Notes under the pieces: generated by a model
The model's database searches: none
What the model saw: only the letters and a program-made list of their open reading frames with translations
What the model was told of the DNA's origin: nothing
Translations under genes and position numbers: made by a program
Source: Eukaryota sp. TZLM1-RC
Taxonomy: Eukaryota; Protista; Metamonada: BaSk clade
Direction: 5' to 3'
NCBI GenBank assembly: GCA_040285825.1
Contig: JAUPSS010000004.1
Coordinates: 248,001-312,000 of the forward strand
DNA: 64,000 bases
Shown here: positions 49,061 through 59,900 of the stretch, piece by piece
Numbering within the stretch: position 1 is the first letter of the stretch
How the letters are laid out: each line of letters opens with the position of its first letter

Positions 49061-49509
49061 ATGCAGTTTATTCAGCTAGTGGAATGCCTTTGGCAATTCA
49101 AGTGTGCCTCAACTTTTTATCAGTGGTTATGGTTTAAACTGCCCTAAAAATTTGAACAATTTGAAGGTGATAGATGGATTCAATTTCATGAACAAAAAAA
49201 ATTTGACGTATTTTCGAACAAATTACCCTGTTTGTTTTGACAATGTTTGAACATTCCTGATATCAAATACCAGACTCTATGACAGGTGAAAGAACCTTTG
49301 TTAATGTGTCATAATTGATTAACTTCCATTAGTCAAAATTGTAAACTTTGAAACAAAGATTCAATACGGATTCTTAAATAGAAACTGAATAGAAGCTGGT
49401 ACACCAGATTTTACAGGTAAATAATTGATGTTAGTGCGAGTGATAATAAAGGTTCTCAATAGTTGAGCTGAATATATAGTGTATTACATATTATTATACT
49501 GTATATGTA

Positions 49510-51546
49510 TTTAAGATGAAGCTTCCCTCTGACATGGCCAGTTTACGGTTGATTGCATCAAGAAAGAACGAATCGAAAATCAGACCAATTGCAATGGGTG
49601 AATTATTATCTCGTATTCTTGCTTCTGCTGTGTTTGGTAGGATTGGTAAAAAAGCCAAAACAATTTTTAGCCTTTTTCAATTGGAAATTGAAACAGTTAA
49701 TGGAGCATTTTCTGCGGCACTCTTTTTTGATGTTTTTTTAATTCAAGTAATTCGAATTATATTTGTAATTTAGATTTTAAAAACGCTTTAAATGCAGTGA
49801 AGAGGTCGTCGATCTTGCCCGTGTTCCAAAGTCATTTTCCGGAAGCTGAGTCGTTGGCTCACAGTCAACACTTGTCTATGAAGATTTTGATTTGATATCA
49901 TCATCTGGTGTTAAACAAGGTGATCCATTAGGTCCTTTCTTTTTCTGCATTGCTATTCATTCTCTGATGAGTGAATTAAAACTAAAATTTCCAGTTGACA
50001 TTTCAATAATTAGTCCAATTGATTCATTGAGAAAAATTGCTAGAATTATTCAACAGTGCTATTATCAAATTGGTCTTTCATTAAACATGTCCAAATGTTT
50101 GTTGATTGGTGGAGAGCCTGCTGAACTTATTATTGATGATCAAATTGTTCCTTTCATCAACTATTTTGAATCAGGATTTCGTTTTTTAGGTTGTTATTTA
50201 GGCAATTTTGATGAAATTGAAAATCAATTTTCCTCTCTTTTAGCAAATTTTGAAGGAAAACTAATTGTTCCTTCAGATTTAGATCTTGAAAAACATTTTG
50301 AATTCTTCCTTCTCAGAAATTGTTATTCATGGAAATTTACTCATAACCTACAATCAACCTCGCCATCCTTATCTCTCGAATTCTGCAAGAAATTTTAATG
50401 AATTAAGAAACATTTCCTGAGACCCAATATTTAATAGTACTTTGTGTTAGTGACTAGTTAGTGTATTTGCAGATTGAAATTGAATGCATTTCTCCTCATA
50501 TCTGGTCGAAATGCTGTCTTGCCGATATTCAAGAAATTCCACTCAGAAGATTGGTTTCCTTGAGATTTACATGGGCCAAATTGCAGAAAAAGCTATTCAA
50601 AGTTTTTGAAAACTTGGATTTTAGTGTTCGTCTCAGCTTGGCTAAGAAAAATAATCCCGTTTTTGCCAACTTTTTGATTGATCCTATGGAAAGTAGCTCA
50701 AGTTGTCCAATTTCTTAGATTCCAAATGTTTATGGTATATTGTTAAATGACCATCAATGGACAACTGCCTTAAGGATGAGGTGTTTTCTGTGGCAATACA
50801 GTGTGCCAAATGATTTGATTTGTCGCTGTGGTCAGCTTATTACTTTGAATCATTAATTTAATTGCAAATTTAATACTAAATATCGCTCAGTCGTTCATGA
50901 TGCTGTTAGAGAGTCTCTAACTTAGAGACCAACTGTATGCCATGTGCAAAAACCACCATATTGAAGCTTTTGTTGAACCACTTGTGCGTAAATTGTGACC
51001 TGAATATGAAGATGATAATACTTTCAACGCCGTGCTGATTTAATTACTCCTGGGTCTGATGGTGTGATCAAAGTTCTTGTTGTTGTCACTGTGGATGTTT
51101 GTAAAGAATCAGCAATTGATTTTGCTAAAAAAAGATGAAACTCTACTTTGCTTTGCTGAGAAGGGGTAAAAGCAAAAGGCACAAAATGCTTTTATTTTAG
51201 CTTGGTCGTGTTGAGCATACCAGCTGGTTCCATTTGTTGTTCTGTTTTTGGTAACCTTGGAAAATCTGGTATCAAATTTTCTCGAAGGTTTCATATGTTG
51301 AATCAAAGAAACAGCAGGAAAAGAGTTAAAGTTTAATTTCTGGCACGATAAAACTGTTTTTAGTATACTTAAAGCAATTCCCGAAAAGATAAACAAAGCG
51401 TTGTTACAATTGGGAATAGAGTATGAAAATAGCACATTGAAGAGATTTGATGATGATGATGTGTGTATTGAGGATATTGAGTTCTTGGTTTTTTGTTTAG
51501 TTGTCTTGTTTGTGTTCCAAAATAAATGGATTTAATTCAAAAAAAT
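49510..51546 (+). mobile_element. Heavily decayed CRE-like element
   Basis: RPIAMGE, GVKQGDPLGPFFFC, GLSLNMSKC; 3' part matches 21385-22001. Confidence 0.9.
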
Positions 51547-52984
51547 GTGAGCAAAAATAAATGTTTTTGATTGTTCTGCTCAATGTGATGTACTATATCA
51601 CGTTACTTTGGGTCAATCTGGATTCCAGGTCTTTTACACCAATCAATTCCAATGGCCAAAATTTAACTACTGCTATGTTATGTCACACATAACAACAGTT
51701 TACTTTAACAGATTTTACACCACGTCCTTTCAAGCAAAGTCATGAATAACATCAAAGTTCACTCCCTTACCAGAACTATTCAGGTTTTTCAAAATCATTA
51801 ATCAGGAGTCAAATCATATGGTGATGTCTGCAAAGGGGAGGATGAAGAGCAAGATAAATAAGTTGTGGTGAATGGTAAAAGAGGTGTTCATTTGAGTGTA
51901 CAATTTCATTAAGATGATTATAATTTGCATTTTCATTTTTTAAAATATTATATTTTGGTAAGTGTAGTGAGTTTGTTGAGATGTTCTGACAGGTTTCTTA
52001 AGTGTTTATACATGGACCAAAAAAACTTAACCTGTGTCAGGTGTTCAGTTACTAGGAAGTACCAGACTCAATCGTAGAGCCGTTCTATTTAAGAACAAAT
52101 CAGGTAACATATCGAGACAGTTGGTAAAAATACTTTTAAATAAATCAACAACTTTACTGCAATGAGATCCTCTGACAACAACGAATTGTTGTCATTTTCA
52201 TCTTCAATATTGTTCTTTTTTTTCATAGCAGAATCAACTTTTCAAATTCATTTGTGTTTTTATTGCTGGACTATTTAGTGGACAACAAAATATGAGCAAA
52301 ATCTTCAAAATACAAAAGAAATAATGTTTTACTTTTATTAAACTTACACATTGAGTTCAATTTTTCAAAAAAAAATTGTGATCAGAGTGGGGTTTGTGAT
52401 ACATGGAGTCGAAACTGCATTCCAAAGTTGTCTCAAATCTTGCACATAATTATCTACAACGAAAAGCCTTCTGTTGTTCAATATTGAATGTCTCAAATGA
52501 AATCTTAACTGGATAACCCACCAGTCTTAAAACAGAGCACTGCCACAGAAATAGATAGGTGTTAAGGGACTACCACGTTCCTTGAGTGTGAGAAAACTAA
52601 AAAAATGTTTCAATATTTTAGAAACTTTTCAAAACTGAAACAAACATCACAAAAAATTTGATTTACTAGTGTGTTTCAATGTTTGTATAAAGAAATCGTT
52701 GTCAACAATCGAGTACATAGAGTTGTTTAAGATGAGAAATTGAAACAAGTTGCACTCAAACTCTACGAAATTTGGGGTTTTGAGCATTTCTGATTATACT
52801 AAACTCCTATACTATACTACAAGTACTGTGATAAAGAAACTGGACAAACAAAAAACTGATAAAAAAACATGTACTCCTAGTTGATAAACACGTGTGCACA
52901 TTGGGAAAAGTCAGTGTCAAAAATCCCAGAAAAGTTCCGACCTACCGACCTACCGACCCAAATAAGGTAAAATTCATGTGTCAT

Positions 52985-53585
52985 CACTCCGCTTCACTGA
53001 CCCACTCATCAATAGATGTTTATGACGTGCAGAAATTGAACCATTATCTGCTTGAAATAGCAACTATCGGTGACTATAAGGACTATGAAGGCAATAACGT
53101 AAGACGATCATCGCTAAAGCAACAATTATATCTGAGTGCTCGAAAAGCATTGAGGAGAAACACTTTTGACTTCTTTATAAGAAAACAAAAAAGATTCAGC
53201 TCCATTATCAACAAAGTGAAAAAATTTGCAGACGGTCAAGAAGTAAAGGTGTGGTTTGGCAATGGAGGTGGTGGTACATCACGTCAAAAAGTGAAAACTC
53301 CATGTAAGGCGTTTCTCAAGTTGTTACAATGTTCATTTGCTAATGTGAAGATCGGATGAATATATGACATCTGCAAAGGTGAACTGCTGCAAGATGCTAC
53401 ACCAAAAGATCTATCAAGAAGTTGATGGTGAAGTTAAAGTTCACAACGCCTATTTCAGTTGTGCGGAATGTAATCAAGTGTGGTCTAGAGACATTGCTGC
53501 ATCATTAAATCAGCTAGAAATTTCAATTAGTGAGCACTACTATGGAACAAGACCACAAGCGTTCCAGAGAACACAAAGAAACTAG
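52985..53585 (+). pseudogene. Fanzor1 (eukaryotic TnpB/Cas12-like) C-terminal half, frameshift at ~53354
   Basis: FDFFIRKQK...VWFGNG...P...L; DEYMTS (RuvC-II) across the frameshift; CC...CAEC zinc finger; WSRDIAASLN (RuvC-III); GTRPQAFQR tail; RuvC-I not found. Confidence 0.85.
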
Positions 53586-53730
53586 CTTCAAAGCTACGTA
53601 TTATTCTAGAGGAGAAATGGGCTCACTGAGAATGGTGGCCAATTATTCGAGGATTCTAGAACATCTGTGGACCATCTCACCAAGGATGAAAGTTCTTGGA
53701 ATAAGTTTGAATGATGCTTGACGAAAGTAT
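53583..53730 (+). ncRNA. Putative Fanzor omegaRNA scaffold
   Basis: Starts at the stop codon; hairpins TAGCT-TCAA-AGCTA and CCAAGGAT-GAAA-GTTCTTGG; long-range TGAGAATGGTGGCCA/TGGACCATCTCA pairing. Confidence 0.5.
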
Positions 53731-53762
53731 ACATTTCAAATGAAAACCACAGATGTCAGTTG

Positions 53763-55854
53763 ATGTCTTGTACCTTTTACCCCCCCCCACTCTCTGATGG
53801 TCTTAAGAAGCTCCAAGAATTTCGTTCTTCTTCTTTCCTTATAGACATTGTACTTTCCTTTGAAGATCATCACTTTCTCGCCCACAGGTTCGTTCTTTCT
53901 TCATTTAGCAACTTTCTGGACTCAAGCACCGTTGTCAATAACCATCTGAGTCTGAACTTTGGTGAATCATCGCCTGATGCTGATACCCTTTCTTTGGTTC
54001 TATTGTCTCTCTACAATGTCCCTTTTTCAGTAAATTCTAACAATATTGTTGATGTTTATAGCTTATTATTGCGACCAAGCTTGGGTTTACTTCTCTTATT
54101 AATTTTTGCGATAGGGTCAAAAATACAAGACTTCATTTGGTTTCTGAGTTTAATTTTGACCTGGAAACCTATTTTTCGGCTAATAAAAACTAAAAAATTA
54201 GTTCGAATAAGTTCCATGATTTTATGGTAATTCTACAATAGAAACAAATAGAATTGTTTTATCTTTATTCTCTTCATTTTTTGAAAAGAAATTCACTACT
54301 GATTGGAAAGAGCTCACTGAAATTGATTTCAAAAATTTCGATGTTGATTTAAGTATTTTTTTAATTTTTTTCGATTCAATTTTGGGAAAATGTATCAACA
54401 TTTCAACCGAGAATGTTTACAAAATTCGCTTTTTTGCAGATTTTTTTGGTTTCTCAGCCGTATTTTCTTTTTGTGACGAGTTATTGCTTGAAAAATTACT
54501 AAAAAATTCAGACTGTAATTTTGAAAAGGAAGCACCAGTTGAATTAATTCCCAGTTGTTTTGAAAAATTAATGATAAATTGCCCAAATATTGATGTAGAG
54601 TGGTTGGTGGAAAGTCTTGTGCTTTCTTGGAGGAAAATGAGCTCTTCTTGGACAGTTGAAAATTTTACCAAAATTTTGAATTCATTGACAATCAAAAGCG
54701 ACAACATTGTGAGCTTTCAATCAATCATTTCGGAGTTGTTAACCCTTTCAGAATTAGAAACAGTCATTAATCGCTTTATTTTGAGAAACATTTCAATTTT
54801 TACTACTTTTATTATCAATACTCAAAAAGAATTGTTGATTCTACAATGGGGTACGATGCGTGCGATGATAGAAAAAGAACAATCGAAAAGAGAGGAGCTT
54901 GAACAAACTACTGAATATTTACAAAAATCTATAAAAGATATCTGCAAATTATTTGAAAATAATGCTCAATTAGCCTCTCTGAAAAGGATGTTTGCTCCAT
55001 CACAAAGCTTTAAAATTAATTTTAAATTCACAAATGCTGGTGCCACTGGTCGCTTTGGACCTTCTCTCAATGATTGTATTAATTATTACCAAGTAGGTTG
55101 GCCCAGTAATGGTGATTTATTTGATGTTATTGGAGGTATTCAACTCTGGACTGTTCCTTTTTCAGGAACCTTTCGTATTGAATGTGCTGGTGCTAGTGGT
55201 GGTCGGAGTGGAGACAACGTGAAAACCAAGCCAGGAAGAGGTGTGGTCACTGTTGGTGAATTCAACCTCAACTCAGGCAAATTTTGTCAGGCATTAAAGA
55301 TATTGGTTGGTCAAAGGGGGTGCGATGCGTGCGATGGTGATGTCATTACAGCACAAGGGGCTGGAGGTGGAGGTGCTTCCTTTGTAGTTTTTCAAAATAC
55401 CCCTTTGATCATTTCGGGTGGTGGAAGTGGTCAAAATGAAGAAAATTGGCAGACTAATGGCACCGATGCGAGATTTGACAATCTTCCTAATGGTCCTAAT
55501 GGTCCTAATGGTGGTTCTGGTGAAAGAGGAAGTGGTGGTGGTGGATTCAGTGGCAATGGAGAGAATGCATGTGAAGGGGACAGTACTGGTGGTAAAGCGT
55601 TCATCAATGGAGGTTTTGGTGGTACTGGTGATTCTGATTATGCTGTCACTGTCCATGGAGGCTTTGGGGGAGGTGGCGGTGGTAGATTTGAAGGTGGTGG
55701 AGGCGGTGGGTTTAGTGGAGGTAGGGTCGTTCCTATGAATCAATGGAACAAGTCCTTTCCCACTTATGGTGCTGGTTCTTTTAATTCAGGAATGAATTCA
55801 GGAAACCAGGGATTTAATGAAGGTCATCGATACTTTTTAATCAGCTCTTTATAG
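53763..55854 (+). pseudogene. Tandem BTB + coiled coil + ALK/LTK-like glycine-rich domain; frameshifts at ~54060-54380
   Basis: DIVLSFEDHHFLAHRFVLSSFS (BTB); INISTENVYKIRFFADFF (second BTB end); FTNAGATGRFGP, GIQLWTVP.SGTFRIECAGASGG, LKILVGQRG, GGGGASFV. Confidence 0.75.
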
Positions 55855-56868
55855 TATAGTTTTTTGTCAATAAATAAATAGTGTTTATTTATTAAAAAGT
55901 TGTTTTTTTTAAATATTGATATAAACCTTATATATTCAGTTTCAAAGATTTAGTTTTGGAAATACTTCACAACGTTGTTCAAGAAGTTGAAGTTTGATTC
56001 CACACTGCTGATTAATCAAAATGATTGAGGTTAAGTGATCTTTTTCATTTTAAAACGTAGAAATTGTATATTTTATTTTGAGCCATTGAAAGTCATAATT
56101 TGCCGATAATGTTGATTAGCGGTCAATTGTTGCGGAAATGTACCAATTAGTTATTACTTATTAATTACAAATTACTGTAAGCCAAATATTTATAAAAAAT
56201 GTAACAGTGGAAAATACAATAGTCTCCCCAAAATTATCTTTTTAAAGTCAAGTTAATCTTTACAGTTAATTGAACATTGTTGTAGAGGTTTTATACTATA
56301 CAATCTGCTGGAATGAAGTTGAGATGACTCTGACAATTCTGTGTTTCATACAAAATAAATATAAACAATTAATTAGTAGACTTTATAATGATAAATCAGT
56401 TTGATTATTATTGAACTATATTAAAAACTTATAAAAGCAGTTGAATTTTTGCAAAAACAAGTATCAGGTTGTATATCAAGAAGGAGTAACAAAGCACGTT
56501 CATTCTGTTTAAAATCACTTGAGGGAATTCTTATTTAAACCACTTGTTGTGTTATTGAAAGACTAGTTTCTTATCCTTGTATTTTTGAATAGCGAAATTG
56601 CAACATCCGACAAATAATATTGTTCTAGCATTTTTTTGGTTAAATGTCATGTATGAATCTGATGATTGAGTTTTGAAATGGAGGAAATGTTGAAGTTACT
56701 GTGCCCAAATATAAGATCAAAATCAAATAATCGTCCAATCGATTATTGCGATTAATCTTAGATTAAACGGTAAATTTGAAGTATACAAGTTGACTGGATT
56801 TTATTTTATTTTTGCAGTTTACTAAAAAAGACATTCAGATTCTGAACCAAATAGTATCGAGCAAACAG

Positions 56869-56940
56869 AATTTCTCAAACCTTTTCTTTATCTTTTAATT
56901 ACAATTCTCAAACCTTTTCTTTATCTTTTAATTACAATTA
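56869..56940. repeat. Two-copy ~34-bp tandem duplication in the Brr2 3' UTR
   Basis: ttctcaaaccttttctttatcttttaattacaatt occurs twice with a one-T difference. Confidence 0.85.
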
Positions 56941-56945
56941 AGAAA

Positions 56946-59900
56946 CTATTCCACAACAACTCCGATATCTACTTCTTGATCACAACCAATGTAGGAATCA
57001 GAAACTACAAACAAAGACCAATTAAAATGACCCTTATTACTAGGAGCAATAAACTTCAACTCAACATCAATACTTTCTTGGAAGGCAACTCTTTTGATAG
57101 CATATACTGTATTGGTTTCCCTATTTCCCAACAACAACCACCAGTTCTCCACTTTTTTATAAGGTAAATCACCTAAAACATTGGTGAATAATTGAGGAGA
57201 CTCTCTAAAAAGAGTGACTTTAAAACTTGATTGAGTGCTACTCTTAACCTGTAAACTCTCAGCACATTCCACCTCAATTGAAGGAAAAGAATTACAAAAT
57301 TCAGCTATAACCGCTAATTCAGAATCATTAAAACCATCAAATAAAATGCTACGATCTTCATCTTCTAAATCACCAATCACTAGTGGACTATCGATTTCAA
57401 TTCCTTTGATAATCAATTGATTTGTACAATGATAGTGTTCAAGAAGCAAATCGATTCGTTCTTGACTGAAAAAAGGAATTTGTAAAAGAGGAGAAGTTGG
57501 ATTGTTTTGGTCGATAAAGATTCGCTGACATGCAAATTTGGAAATCTCCATCGCTGCCAAAGAAGGGATCAACCATCCAGAACTTGCAAGAAAATCAACC
57601 ATGCAATGGACTAAATTGATTAAAATTGGAAAAATTAAATTTAAATCTTGTTGAAGAACGGGCTCAAGCTCAATTCTGAACATTCTGGCTTGTAACAAAA
57701 CCAAAATTTTAGAAGTTCCATCTGTCAGTGATCCCTTCTGTGGGAAAGGTATCTTGGAATTGAGCTCCCTCAAATTTTCATCTTCCTCGTGTCGAACGAC
57801 CACTCTAGATACTTCCTCAGAGGCACCAAGGGCTTCTAGACAGGCAAAAACACGTGATGAAGAGGTCAAAATTGTTGAAAATGATTGAATTGTCGACACA
57901 AAGGTACAATAATATGAAGCAATCACCGAGTTATTGATTGGAATTAACTTATCTTCCTTTTGGGCAATAAAACTTGACTCTGAAAGGGTTTCTAGCGACT
58001 CATCAATCAATTCTGATAGAAAATCAGACACAGATTCCTCAGAAGTGTCTGTCAGGCCATAATAATTTGGATTCTTCAAGAGTCTTGCTAATAACAAGGA
58101 AGGCTCCAAAATTTTGATTGATTCTTCACGATTCTCGACAACTTTCCCAATTAATTGATAGTTTAGATAATCAGTAAGTGATTGATCGAGGTTTGATTCG
58201 ATTGGCGGGGATGATTCTAAATTGAACATCTCAAGTTGATCCTTTTTAGATCGCAAACAGTAGATGTACAACTTAGCCGTCAGATCAGAAGAACTCTCTT
58301 GACTTCCAGCAGTTCCCATCATTTTTGATAAATTTTGATTGGAATAATCAATGAATCTCCTTGCACGACCATCAAATTTCACAGTGTCTAGAATATAAAC
58401 ATATTTTGAGTTGAACTTTGATGATGCTACAAAAGATTCTTCAACTGACACAACTAATAATCCAAGTTGATTGGAATTAAATAAGGATTGAATGCCCTTC
58501 TTGTCAGACATGGTCAAATTTTCGTGGTAAAAAGCAACACCAGAACCAACTAGTCTTGTCAGATCAGTGTTGACAAGCTCAATAATTGACCCATCCATTG
58601 ACTTTTGTTGAAAAAGATCTGGCTTATGAGCTGTTGAAGCAAAGGTTAATAAAGCACGTGCACAATGTTCAGCTAATTTGCTCGAAGGAACGAAAACAAC
58701 TGTTTTGCCAGAACCAAACTCCTTGAAATCCCTGCAGATTGACAGAAAACATGGCCTAAACATGGCCAAAACACGAATATTTGGGAACAACTCGTCAAAC
58801 GTCACCATTGACACACTGAGATCAGGTATTCTGGCCCCCTGAGAATAAGGAAATACACATTGATGAGTTTTTGTGTCAAAAATTCCCAACCAATGAGCAA
58901 TCTCTGTCCCGTTTGCTGTACAATCCGAAAGAGCAATTATTCTTGGCTTAGTTTTTAGTAAAAGTTTAATATTGTTGATTATAATTTCCGTATTATGGTC
59001 ATAATTCAAAAGATAGTCAAGACCATCAAAAATAATTAAGCCAATATTGGAGTAATCAGATCTTCTTTTCCATTTTGATGAGAATGATTGATAGTTTTGG
59101 GGGGTAGAAATCAGAATGTTGACGTTCACAAAAGAGTCAGTGATGACGTCGCCTGTCAAACAACCAACTGACAAGCCGAAATTTTTAAATTTTTGACTCC
59201 AACACTCAACTCTATCAAAAACTTCCTCTGAATTCATTAGACAAATGATCTTTATTGATCCAAATTTATCATTGTTTACCATTTCCTTGAAAATTGAAAG
59301 TTCAGCAAGGACGGACTTTCCACTACCAGAAGGAGCTGATACAAAAACTGAGTTATTGGTGTTAAAAACTGAGTCAAAACATTGAGATTGTATTGCATTG
59401 AAACTAGAAAAAGAAAAGAAATCTCCAATTAATTCACGATATTGATTCAAATTAGTATTTTCAACTGACATTTTTACCATTGAAGTAGGTAATTTTTCTA
59501 ATGGTAATTCTTCAATCAAGGGATTGAACTTTGAGGGTAACAACAACGACCTAAAACTCAAAGTCAAAGTGGTTTTGGACCCCAACCATCTATCACTAAT
59601 CAAATGCACGAAATAATGTGGAGATAATGGTTCTATTAAAGGAACCCTAAAAGAGAAAAGAGATTCATCATTAGAAAATCTCTTTGATAGTATATAAAAC
59701 TCTGAATGCACGACCAACTCTTCATCAGAATCCGTTACGAATATCCAAAAAGGTTCTGACCGACTGTGAATATCATCAGACCAATCAAAATCAGCAATCA
59801 AACTCAAATCAATTTTGATTGATCCACGAGTGATTGGCTGAACCGAGGCTTCGATTTTCAACCTTGGAATATACCGAATATACTGCAAAAGCTTCCTCCC

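Noticed and set aside
52376-52420. tRNA on the minus strand (tgatcagagtggggtttg after an A run)
   Set aside because: Similarity stops after ~18 nt; no cloverleaf can be built
57404-57436. In-frame 24-nt GT-AG intron in Brr2
   Set aside because: Frame is open either way and the donor/branch differ from the lectin intron; cannot be supported without RNA data
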